The notes under the pieces: generated by a model
Told to the model about the DNA's origin: nothing
Database searches by the model: none
The model's input: the letters and a program-made list of their open reading frames with translations, nothing else
Program-made: the position numbers and the translations under genes
Shown: piece after piece, positions 27,100 through 35,706 of the stretch
Layout of the letters: every line of letters begins with the position of its first letter
How positions within the stretch are numbered: the first letter of the stretch is position 1
Assembly (NCBI GenBank): GCA_964513515.1
Contig: CAZEMP010000001.1
Coordinates: 75,336-139,335 of the forward strand
DNA: 64,000 nt
Origin: an uncultured Candidatus Saccharibacteria bacterium
Lineage (GTDB): Bacteria; Patescibacteriota; Minisyncoccia; Phycocordibacterales; GWA1-40-21
Direction of reading: 5' to 3'

Positions 27100-28170
27100 A
27101 TGACTCAGGAAAACGAGACGGAAGCGGTCCATCCACTCCTTTCAAAGGAGGTTGGGCCAATCCGAAATTGGCATGAATGGCTAGAGTACTGGAACAGGGC
27201 GGATAACTACCAGTGGATGGAGAGTTTGCTCCACACAGGTTTTAACGTCCCACTCGAGAAGATGTCCTCTGAAGAAAAAGAGTATGACGAGCTTGACCGC
27301 TACATATTCTACTTCTCTGTGGCAGACGGATGGGCACACCACTGGAAGTCTGAAGGTAGTTGGCGTGATGAGAAAGAATACGACATCGGTGTTCGTGGTA
27401 CAAACGGATCATCGAGAAAGTTCACGATACCTCAACTTCGCCGTCGATTGGCAACAAAAGCATTCGATATACTGTGTCTGAACCTATTCAGGGTAGAGTT
27501 GCGACTTAGTGGAGAAAGTGAATTCTACTGGAGCTGGGAGCGTCACATAGCTTCCAAAAAACTCTTCCCTGTGATTGTGAATTTCTTCAGGATAGAAAAA
27601 AGTAAGTTCGGTAGTGGTGCGGAGATTATTAACCTGTCTCAATGTTTTCATGGTGAAAAATCTCACAACGAACAACATGCCGTTAACTTTCTTCTACATC
27701 TGGTGGAATTCATGTGGGAGTGTAAGAACAACTGGATAACTTCCACTCCTGCGACTGAAAGGGATGAGATGATTATCCGCGTGAATGAGGCAAAACCGTG
27801 GATGATCGAGATCCTTGCTGAGCTCGGGAAACTCGATAAGTTACGCAGATGGATACTTGATCTTGATAAAACTTGTCTTTCCAAGATCAAGGAGATCGCA
27901 ATGCGTAACAGGCTTACTGGGTTTCGAGATCGAGGAGAGAACGAAGATCGCTTTGTCTCCTCACTTGATGAGGCCTGCTATGCCGGCTCAAAAGCAGCCT
28001 GGTTCCTCAAAGAGCATGAGCTAATGCAAAAGGAAAGCAAGCGCCTTGAGGCTATCCGCGAGTCTGAGAGAGCAAAGTGGGAAGTTGATCGCAGACGTGA
28101 AGCGATTCGTGAAGCCGAGAAGGCAAAAGCTGAAGCTGACCGCAAACTCAGAGACCTTAAGGGTCAGTGA
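27100..28170 (+). CDS. hypothetical protein, GC-rich (~48% GC), Trp-rich with C-terminal charged coiled coil
   Basis: 356-aa ORF with an AAGAGG SD. Codon usage is distinct from neighbouring genes. A terminator follows immediately. Confidence 0.5.
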   Translation: MTQENETEAVHPLLSKEVGPIRNWHEWLEYWNRADNYQWMESLLHTGFNVPLEKMSSEEKEYDELDRYIFYFSVADGWAHHWKSEGSWRDEKEYDIGVRGTNGSSRKFTIPQLRRRLATKAFDILCLNLFRVELRLSGESEFYWSWERHIASKKLFPVIVNFFRIEKSKFGSGAEIINLSQCFHGEKSHNEQHAVNFLLHLVEFMWECKNNWITSTPATERDEMIIRVNEAKPWMIEILAELGKLDKLRRWILDLDKTCLSKIKEIAMRNRLTGFRDRGENEDRFVSSLDEACYAGSKAAWFLKEHELMQKESKRLEAIRESERAKWEVDRRREAIREAEKAKAEADRKLRDLKGQ

Positions 28171-28181
28171 GTTTGTAAGAA

Positions 28182-28220
28182 CTGCGGGGTCCGACAGGAC
28201 CCCGCAGCTTTCTTTTATTT
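28182..28220 (+). terminator. intrinsic terminator
   Basis: CTGCGGGGTCCgacaGGACCCCGCAG followed by CTTTCTTTTATTTT. Confidence 0.65.
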
Positions 28221-28296
28221 TAAATATTATTCACTCTTGATATTTTTCTATTTTACATATATTATCCCCACCGGAAAACATCCCGGGAGGGTGTAA

Positions 28297-28482
28297 ATGT
28301 TGAAATGGTTTATTTCGTTCTTTGGCCACTTTGTCTTGTGGCAGTGGCTTCTTTTCACCTTTATCGTCGTCGTGGTGTGCTTCGTGTTTTGCTGCCTTCT
28401 TGGTCTTTGGTCAGTCGTGACCGTGTGGGCCAAGCAGGAAGAAGAAGCAAAACGTAACCGCGTTTGGACTATGGGCTGGTGA
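28297..28482 (+). CDS. small hydrophobic membrane protein (GC-rich)
   Basis: 61 aa with a strong SD (GGGAGGG) 6 nt upstream of the ATG. Two TM segments. Confidence 0.4.
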   Translation: MLKWFISFFGHFVLWQWLLFTFIVVVVCFVFCCLLGLWSVVTVWAKQEEEAKRNRVWTMGW

Positions 28483-28490
28483 AAAGAAAA

Positions 28491-28517
28491 GGGCCGTCGC
28501 GCAGTGCGCGATGGCCC
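28491..28517. terminator. GC-rich hairpin terminator (stronger T-run on minus strand)
   Basis: GGGCCGTCGCGCAgtgCGCGATGGCCC, with TTTTCTTTTC on the minus strand. It serves the 28528-28821 gene. Confidence 0.55.
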
Positions 28518-28527
28518 TTTCAAATTA

Positions 28528-28821
28528 TTATACAGAGACAGGTTCTCTTTCTGATCCACCTTCATTTTTTAAACTTAGTGCTTTAATAACAAACTTTGCT
28601 GCTTCATTATATTCTCCACTATTAATAAGATCTCTGACTTCTATATTTTCCGGATCATCAATAAGTTTAGCAATATTTTTTGCATTTTCTGATAACCATT
28701 TTGCTTGGTTTATTGAATCTTCAAGACTCATGTTTAATTCTTTTATTATAGCAATCTGAAGAAAATTTCTTGCTTTTGTTGAAATTTCTTTTGAATTTTC
28801 TTTTAATGTTTCTGTTACCAT
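28528..28821 (-). CDS. hypothetical protein
   Basis: 97 aa, AT-rich native composition, helical. No family recognised. Confidence 0.4.
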   Translation of the reverse strand: MVTETLKENSKEISTKARNFLQIAIIKELNMSLEDSINQAKWLSENAKNIAKLIDDPENIEVRDLINSGEYNEAAKFVIKALSLKNEGGSEREPVSV

Positions 28822-28846
28822 ATTTTTATTTTATTAAATTTCTATA

Positions 28847-30145
28847 CTACTTATTTAACCACATTTCATCTTGCCTAACAAGTAAGTCTTTTGCACTTTC
28901 AGGTTCTAACATTATTTCCTCTACCACTCTCTCCATTCTCATTGACTGAGAACCCTTTACCAGTATAGTATCTCCACTTTTTATCATATCCTGCAATTCC
29001 CTTCCGGCAACTATTGAGTTCTCATATTGAAATATTTTTTTCTCGCTCATAAGTGCATCTAATGCACCTTCTACAATTTTTCTTGATCTGATACCTACCG
29101 TAATTAATATGTCGCAAACTTCTGCGGCAATTTTTCCAGCGTTATAATGCTCTTCAGCTGAATGTTTTCCTAATTCCATCATGTCTCCAAGCACAGCAAT
29201 TCTCCTTGCGCCATCACTTATTTTTATGCGTTTTAATGAATATAAAGCAGAATTCAATGCTGCTGGAGACGAGTTGTATGTATCGTCTATAATTATACTG
29301 TTTTTAATTCCATTTAGAATTTTCATTCTTCCATTTGACGCCTCGAGTTTTAACAAAGCCTCTGCAGACTTAACAATGTTAATCTTTTGTGTCAGACCAA
29401 CTGCAATAGCCGCTAGTGGCGAATAAACACTTTTTGCACCCAAGGAACCTTTTATTACTATCGGAACAATATTACCCTTATGTTCTACCTTGAAAGTCAT
29501 ACCGTCTATGTGTCCGTTGTCACTATAATAATTATTTGTTTCGGTCGCTATTAGATCACAATTTTTATTTGTACCGTAAATAATTGATACATTTTTTGTA
29601 TTTTCTTTTATTTTGATAGAATCTTCATCATCACCATTTACAATAAGTACTCCGTCTCGCTTTAACGAATCAACTAAATATTTTTTCTCTCTAACTATTT
29701 CATCCCTATTTTTAAAAAATTCCACATGAACTGGAACTTTAGGAAATGATGTCAGAACTACAATAGATGGCTTCAGCCATTTTGTTATTGCTTTTATATC
29801 ACCAGGTCTGTCTGCACCAACTTCTAAAATAAGCCATTTTGGATATTCATTTTGAAAAATAATCAATTCAAGCCCCACTAAGATATTTCTCATCCAACCC
29901 ACAGGACTTAGCCATGGATTTCTACAACCTAAAATAGTAAGTGGGATGCCTATGTCACTATTAAAACTCTTTTCACTTTTTCGTACAAAAAAAGAAGTAG
30001 ACATCACAGCAAAAATCGCATCTTTGGTAGATGTTTTACCAACACTTCCGGTAACGGCTACTATTTGAGGTTTATATTTTTTTAAAATTAAAATTGCCTC
30101 AAATTTTATTATAGTAGCTACGATTTTTTTAAAAATTGATTTCAT
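28847..30145 (-). CDS. murF: UDP-MurNAc-tripeptide--D-Ala-D-Ala ligase MurF
   Basis: GSVGKTSTKD P-loop, the DDTYNSSPAAL motif, and its position in the dcw cluster. Confidence 0.85.
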   Translation of the reverse strand: MKSIFKKIVATIIKFEAILILKKYKPQIVAVTGSVGKTSTKDAIFAVMSTSFFVRKSEKSFNSDIGIPLTILGCRNPWLSPVGWMRNILVGLELIIFQNEYPKWLILEVGADRPGDIKAITKWLKPSIVVLTSFPKVPVHVEFFKNRDEIVREKKYLVDSLKRDGVLIVNGDDEDSIKIKENTKNVSIIYGTNKNCDLIATETNNYYSDNGHIDGMTFKVEHKGNIVPIVIKGSLGAKSVYSPLAAIAVGLTQKINIVKSAEALLKLEASNGRMKILNGIKNSIIIDDTYNSSPAALNSALYSLKRIKISDGARRIAVLGDMMELGKHSAEEHYNAGKIAAEVCDILITVGIRSRKIVEGALDALMSEKKIFQYENSIVAGRELQDMIKSGDTILVKGSQSMRMERVVEEIMLEPESAKDLLVRQDEMWLNK

Positions 30146-30173
30146 TTATATTAATATGCTTTATGACCACTCA

Positions 30174-31916
30174 TTATCTATCTGGTTCTATATTATAATA
30201 ATTTATCAGAAAATTTGTAATATCGAAAAATGGTCCAGTAAGTGTCTTTGAAGCATAATCAATGTTTTTTGGCTCGACAGTATAAAGAAAAACTAAAAAT
30301 CTTGGATTATAAGCTGGAAAATAACCGAAGAAAGAGTGAAGTATTCTGTCGGAATAGTATCCTCCGCCTTCACTTCCGGGTCTTGCGATCTGGGCTGTAC
30401 CAGTCTTTGCAGCAATACTATAATTTTTCATCTTCATTGATCCTCCGGCCAATGCTTCGTCCACAACTCTTACAAGCATTCTAGAAATTTCTTCAGAAGT
30501 CTCCTTTCTTATTACTTGTTTAGCTTCATTTACATATGATATGTTTTTAGAAAGACCAACTTTATAATCAATCCTTTTGACAATGTGTGGAATAATAAGC
30601 TTTCCACCATTTGCCAAAACAGACATAGCTTTAACGGTTATTATTGGCGTCATAGAAATACCTTGTCCGAAAGAGGCTGTGGCATATTCTATTTTTTTAC
30701 TATTATTCAAATTATTTAATAAGTTTCCAATATTTCCCGCAGCTTCAGCTGGCAGATCTATTCCTGTTTCAGAGCCTATGCCATATTTTTGTATATATTC
30801 CAAGAATTTGTCTTTTCCAAGACTGTTCATTACAAAAGTTGATCCTGTATTTAAAGAGTTATTTAAAACAGCCTGCATGTCCACTATGCCTCTATTTTTT
30901 TTATCAAAATTATAAATAGTTCTACCATCCATTTCCAAAAAACCTTTATCATTATATGTAGTTTTAGCAGTTACATCCCCATTGTCAATTCCAGCGGCCA
31001 TGGTAAGTGGTTTTATAATAGAACCCATTTCATAAGCATCAGAAATTAGTGGGTTAGAAAAAATATTTACATTGGTTTCCTTTTTAAAATTATTTAAATT
31101 AAAAGATGGAGAAACAGCCATAGAATATACCTCGCCTGTTTTAGGGTCTATGACGATGGATCCTGTTACTTTAGAATTCCATTTTTTTTGAATATCATTT
31201 ACTGTCTTTTCTACATATCCCTGAACTTCTGGATCAATTGAAGTAATAATATCTGCCTCCCTGTCTTTGTTTTGAATAAAATTTTTATTTATATTTGAAA
31301 ATATTTCTGCAAAAGCATTTACATAAAGACCATCATTATCTCTCTTCAGATTATCATTGTAATATTTCTCAAGGCCATATCTACCTTCCAGGTCTGTACC
31401 AGTGTTATTGTATCCAACAAAACCAATTACATTTGCAGCAAGATTGTCTCCAGGATAGTATCTCCAGTTTTCTTTTTCAATTATCACCCCAGGAAGATTT
31501 AATTCACTAATTTTCTTTATCTTTTCTTCGGATACCTGTCTCGCTATCTCTTCATATGGATCATTCGCTTTGGAAGCTTTTGAATAAAATGTACCCGCAT
31601 CAATTGGTAAAACGGCGGATATTTTTTTGTAATACGTTTCCATATCACCGGACATGATTTTTGTATTCAACGCCAAGATATATCCCGATTTTAAACTTGC
31701 TGCAGATATTAGATCTCCTTTTTTATCATTAAAAAAAATACTCCCTCTATTATAAGTATCTGTGGATATATTTATATACTGCCTGTCGGCTTTTTCACTA
31801 TAATTCTGCCCATAAACAATCTGCAAGAAATAAAGTCTCACAACCATTACAAATGCAAATAGAACTATAAGACAAAATATTATTCTTACTTTATTCTGAA
31901 AAGTATTAGTTTTCAT
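30174..31916 (-). CDS. ftsI: penicillin-binding protein (FtsI-type transpeptidase)
   Basis: N-terminal TM helix, a dimerisation domain, and the SIIKP (SxxK) and KTGTA motifs. Located in the dcw cluster. Confidence 0.8.
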   Translation of the reverse strand: MKTNTFQNKVRIIFCLIVLFAFVMVVRLYFLQIVYGQNYSEKADRQYINISTDTYNRGSIFFNDKKGDLISAASLKSGYILALNTKIMSGDMETYYKKISAVLPIDAGTFYSKASKANDPYEEIARQVSEEKIKKISELNLPGVIIEKENWRYYPGDNLAANVIGFVGYNNTGTDLEGRYGLEKYYNDNLKRDNDGLYVNAFAEIFSNINKNFIQNKDREADIITSIDPEVQGYVEKTVNDIQKKWNSKVTGSIVIDPKTGEVYSMAVSPSFNLNNFKKETNVNIFSNPLISDAYEMGSIIKPLTMAAGIDNGDVTAKTTYNDKGFLEMDGRTIYNFDKKNRGIVDMQAVLNNSLNTGSTFVMNSLGKDKFLEYIQKYGIGSETGIDLPAEAAGNIGNLLNNLNNSKKIEYATASFGQGISMTPIITVKAMSVLANGGKLIIPHIVKRIDYKVGLSKNISYVNEAKQVIRKETSEEISRMLVRVVDEALAGGSMKMKNYSIAAKTGTAQIARPGSEGGGYYSDRILHSFFGYFPAYNPRFLVFLYTVEPKNIDYASKTLTGPFFDITNFLINYYNIEPDR

Positions 31917-32244
31917 TTATAGACAATGATATATTTTTTTGTGTAGGATTAATAGAAGCAAATTTATCAGATTGAACAGAAACAAAACCTTTTGAATGAG
32001 CCAGGCTTAATGTAATACCATTTTTTATCGTTAGATATTGAAATTCCATTGAATTTACATCTGAACTCATAGATAATATTTCTCTTTCCATTTTTTGCTT
32101 TGAAACAGCACTCATTATTGTACTGTTAAGTAAAAAACCATAAGAAACAACAAAAAATACAAAAATAGAGAAAAGAAGCCAAAAGATTTTTCTTTCTCTA
32201 TATTCAAGTATTTCTATTTGTTTTTGTATTGCTTCTTTAACCAT
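31906..32244 (-). CDS. ftsL: FtsL-like cell division protein
   Basis: 112 aa, single TM helix plus a coiled coil, positioned between rsmH and ftsI. Confidence 0.5.
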   Translation of the reverse strand: MVKEAIQKQIEILEYRERKIFWLLFSIFVFFVVSYGFLLNSTIMSAVSKQKMEREILSMSSDVNSMEFQYLTIKNGITLSLAHSKGFVSVQSDKFASINPTQKNISLSINEN

Positions 32245-32251
32245 TTGATTT

Positions 32252-33142
32252 TTACTTTACTTTCTCAATCACTCTCAATTTTGCACTTCTTGATCTTGGA
32301 TTTTCCTTAATTTCTATATCCGTTGGTATTATCGGTTTCTTATTTATGAATCTTCCTTCTTTAAGCTTCACTTTGTCTCTAAAAAAATTCTTTACTTCTC
32401 TATCCTCAACTGAATGAAAAGACATAATTGCCATTCGTCCCCCAATTTTTAGAAAACTCCATCCTTTATCCATTCCTTCCTTTAAAGCGGTTATCTCATC
32501 ATTTACTGCAATTCGTAAAGCTTGAAATGTTTTTGTTGCAAAGTGTGTTTTACCTCTTCTGTATCCAGCTGGTACTACATTTTCTATTATTCTGACAAGG
32601 TCGTAAGTTGTTTCTATAGGTTTAGTTTTCCTTGCCAGTATAATCGCTTTTGCAATCCTTCTTGAATATCTTTCATCTGAATATCCGTATAAAATATCTG
32701 CTATCGTTTCTTCACCCCAATTGTTTACTATCACTCTTGCATCAACTTTTTGTTCACTTTCTGCAAAAGTCATTAGAAGAGGTTCATCACGTCTGAATGT
32801 AAAACCTCTACCTGAAACATCTAACTGATCGGAAGAAAGTCCTAGGTCCAAAAGTATTGCGTCTACTTTTTCAACTTTGAGATCTGCTAAAACTTTGTCT
32901 ATATTTCTGTAATCTGAGAGTACGAGGTCTGCCTTACATCCAAGATTTGATAATTTTTCTCTAGCATTTTTTATTGCCAAATTATCTCTATCTGTTGCTA
33001 TTATTCTGACTTTATTACCAAAATCTGAGCAAACTTTAGATGTGTGACCTGCTCCACCTAATGTACCGTCAAAATAAATTGCCCCTGGCTTTAAGTGAAG
33101 ATTATCTATTGATTCATGTAAAAGAACAGTCTTGTGTATCAT
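32252..33142 (-). CDS. rsmH: 16S rRNA (cytosine1402-N4)-methyltransferase RsmH (MraW)
   Basis: The FDGTLGGAGHT SAM-binding motif is present. Confidence 0.9.
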   Translation of the reverse strand: MIHKTVLLHESIDNLHLKPGAIYFDGTLGGAGHTSKVCSDFGNKVRIIATDRDNLAIKNAREKLSNLGCKADLVLSDYRNIDKVLADLKVEKVDAILLDLGLSSDQLDVSGRGFTFRRDEPLLMTFAESEQKVDARVIVNNWGEETIADILYGYSDERYSRRIAKAIILARKTKPIETTYDLVRIIENVVPAGYRRGKTHFATKTFQALRIAVNDEITALKEGMDKGWSFLKIGGRMAIMSFHSVEDREVKNFFRDKVKLKEGRFINKKPIIPTDIEIKENPRSRSAKLRVIEKVK

Positions 33143-33146
33143 TTGA

Positions 33147-33584
33147 TTAAAGTGCTCCGGCTTGTCCGAGCTTTTCTGCGAGTTGATCAGCTTTTTTCTC
33201 TACGACTTCCTTATAATCTCTCCAAGCAGATTCATTCCATATTTCTATTCTGTCTTGAACTCCAACTACCGCTATTTTATTTTTTAAAGAAGCTCTTGAA
33301 ACAAGAAATTCTGGTAAAAGTATTCTCCCGATGGTATCTACTTCTACCTCTGTAGCTGAACCAAACATATATCTGTTAAAACTTCTGTTATCTGCTTGAA
33401 GCATTGAGAAATCTGAAAGTTTTTCTGATATTTTTTTCCACTGAGCTACTGTAAAAATCCAAAGACAATTATCAAGACCAGCTGTCACAATGATTTTTTT
33501 GCCGACTTCTTTACGGAATTTAACAGGGAGAGATACTCTCTTTTTTTCATCTAATGTATGTATGTATTCTCCAATAAGCATAAT
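33147..33584 (-). CDS. mraZ: transcriptional regulator MraZ
   Basis: MLIGEYIHTLDEKKRVSLPVKFR matches the MraZ N-terminus (start taken at the internal ATG). Two MraZ repeats are present. Confidence 0.85.
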   Translation of the reverse strand: MMLIGEYIHTLDEKKRVSLPVKFRKEVGKKIIVTAGLDNCLWIFTVAQWKKISEKLSDFSMLQADNRSFNRYMFGSATEVEVDTIGRILLPEFLVSRASLKNKIAVVGVQDRIEIWNESAWRDYKEVVEKKADQLAEKLGQAGAL

Positions 33585-33609
33585 AGTTTTTGGTTGGGAA
33601 AAATTTAAT

Positions 33610-33655
33610 CCCACTTATTCCCACCTACTCTATATTTTATAACACTTTATCCCAC
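33610..33655 (-). promoter_or_regulatory. putative MraZ operator (three GTGGG boxes)
   Basis: On the minus strand GTGGG occurs at 33610-14, 33620-24 (10-bp spacing) and 33651-55, immediately upstream of mraZ. Confidence 0.35.
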
Positions 33656-33802
33656 AATACAATTTTAAAACCCACTTTCTTTTTATAGAAAGTGGGTTAA
33701 TTTCATGGCTAAAAATATAGGTTTTTCAACCGATAAATAAGTTATCAACATTTTCAAAAATTTTATTTAAAATATTGATTATTTTTAATAATATATTACT
33801 AT

Positions 33803-34468
33803 TTAAATATTCGTCTTAGGTTTTTTTCTAACAAAAAAGAATTTATTAAACATATAATAATTATAACGTCCTTTTACTCTTGCATTTCCTATATTTAATG
33901 AATCAAACCCATCAGAATATCTTTCAGGTCTTCCACTATAATAAAAAATAAACTGAGTTATACCATAATATTCAACCTTTTGATCTATGGGTTTCATAGC
34001 AACATTTATCCAATCTGGGTTATCATTATATTTCCCATTAATATATTGTGGGACAGTAAAAGGAATTGATATCGCCAAGCTAGCAGGAACAAAATCTAAT
34101 CCATTTTCTTTTGCTTTTTTTACAATATCCTTATAAGGATGAATTTCTTTGTCATTAAATAAATCTTCAGTATTAACAATTACTACATCGTAATAACTCT
34201 CCAACTTCTCACTCCAATTTACCTTATCCATCATTCTCGAAAGTTCAGAGAGCCTGTCGTATCTTGCTACCTTATATCCTTTTTCTGTGAGCTTATCGAG
34301 AGCTGTCATAGTAGAGATTATTTCTGGATCAGGAATAACTTGTTTCCAAGTTGGAAACTTTTTTTCTTGTTTTATAGATTCAGGAGTCTTTATTGAAGCT
34401 GAAAGTTTAATTCCCTCATCTGAAAATTCTGGTTTACTATATTTTTCTTTTCCAAATGGCCATTCCAT
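33803..34468 (-). CDS. MEWPFG-family paralog 1 (uncharacterised)
   Basis: 221 aa. Shares the N-terminus MEWPFGKE, the PDPEI(I/N)S block, D.H.Y.EI...GL.L.P, and a C-terminal FFFVRK with the next two ORFs. Confidence 0.5.
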   Translation of the reverse strand: MEWPFGKEKYSKPEFSDEGIKLSASIKTPESIKQEKKFPTWKQVIPDPEIISTMTALDKLTEKGYKVARYDRLSELSRMMDKVNWSEKLESYYDVVIVNTEDLFNDKEIHPYKDIVKKAKENGLDFVPASLAISIPFTVPQYINGKYNDNPDWINVAMKPIDQKVEYYGITQFIFYYSGRPERYSDGFDSLNIGNARVKGRYNYYMFNKFFFVRKKPKTNI

Positions 34469-34481
34469 ATATATTTATTAA

Positions 34482-35063
34482 TTATTTACGAACAAATAAA
34501 AATTCTTCATCAGGATTGAATTTAAAATTATTAGAACCACCTATCTGACCTAACCATAAATTATTATCAAAAGTATTTAATCCACAAGTAAATAGTAAAG
34601 TTGAGTATTTAGTCTCTATTGCCTTAGTGGCAATCACTCTATCTTTGTCTTTTTTATAATTTAAGCAAATTTCAGTCACTAAGGTGGGTGGAACAAGTTC
34701 AAGTCCGTAATCTTCTTTCGCCTTTGTTATAATTTCCCAGTAAGTGTGAAATTTGTCATCGTCAAAAAGTTCGTTTACAGAAATAGAAACGATTTTATAT
34801 GGATTTTTAGGTTTTTCTTTCCAATTTAATTCTTGTAACATTTCCTTGGCAGAATCACTTATTTTATATCCCACAGAAACTAGTTTGTTGTTTGCTATTA
34901 AGATTGAATTAATTTCTGGATCAGGAGTAATATCTTTCTTGAATAGAAATTCTGGTTTCCTTTTACTTTTTATGTTTATATTTTCTATTGGAGCAGAAAA
35001 TTGAATTCCGTTATCTAGGAATTTTTCCTTACTATATTCTTCTTTTCCAAAAGGCCATTCCAT
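34482..35063 (-). CDS. MEWPFG-family paralog 2 (uncharacterised)
   Basis: 193 aa with the same conserved blocks. 13-nt spacing to its neighbours. Confidence 0.5.
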   Translation of the reverse strand: MEWPFGKEEYSKEKFLDNGIQFSAPIENINIKSKRKPEFLFKKDITPDPEINSILIANNKLVSVGYKISDSAKEMLQELNWKEKPKNPYKIVSISVNELFDDDKFHTYWEIITKAKEDYGLELVPPTLVTEICLNYKKDKDRVIATKAIETKYSTLLFTCGLNTFDNNLWLGQIGGSNNFKFNPDEEFLFVRK

Positions 35064-35076
35064 ATATGTTTATTTT

Positions 35077-35640
35077 TTATTTACGAATAAAAAAGAACTG
35101 GTGCCAAGAACGCCAATAGTGATCATCTAGACCAGAGTCAACACCCAGAAAAGACTCACCGCCAGATTCATTACAAAAGAATAGTCTTTGATCATCATAC
35201 GCATCACTTATGGGTTCAATTGCGATAACCACTAAACCCACATCCTTAGAATAATTTTTTCTGATACTTGGAACAAGTTTTGCTGGTATTAGTTTTAATC
35301 CTTGTTTGTCTGCCTCTTCTTTTATTTCTTTATATGTATGGTCGGATTTATCTTTGAATAGTTGCTTGACCATTATTAGAGCCATGTCATATCTTTCTTT
35401 TAGTTCTTTTTTATAGTTTATATCAAATAGAAACGGTTTAGCATAATAACTTATTACGTGACCATCTTTTTCAAGTTTTTGTATAGCTGTTTCTGCAGAA
35501 ATTATTTCAGGATCTGGAGTTATTTCTTTCCATATAGGAGAATTTTCAGGTTTTTTAATAGATTCAAATGGTCTCATTTGAGTGTCACCAGTTGCTATTT
35601 CTAGTTTATTAATTTTTTCTTCTCCAAATGGCCATTCCAT
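35077..35640 (-). CDS. MEWPFG-family paralog 3 (uncharacterised)
   Basis: 187 aa with the same conserved blocks. Confidence 0.5.
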   Translation of the reverse strand: MEWPFGEEKINKLEIATGDTQMRPFESIKKPENSPIWKEITPDPEIISAETAIQKLEKDGHVISYYAKPFLFDINYKKELKERYDMALIMVKQLFKDKSDHTYKEIKEEADKQGLKLIPAKLVPSIRKNYSKDVGLVVIAIEPISDAYDDQRLFFCNESGGESFLGVDSGLDDHYWRSWHQFFFIRK

Positions 35641-35706
35641 ATAAATATATTTTTAGTATTAAATTTTCTGTGTTTTCCTTATACTTATACGAAATACTTA
35701 TACTAT

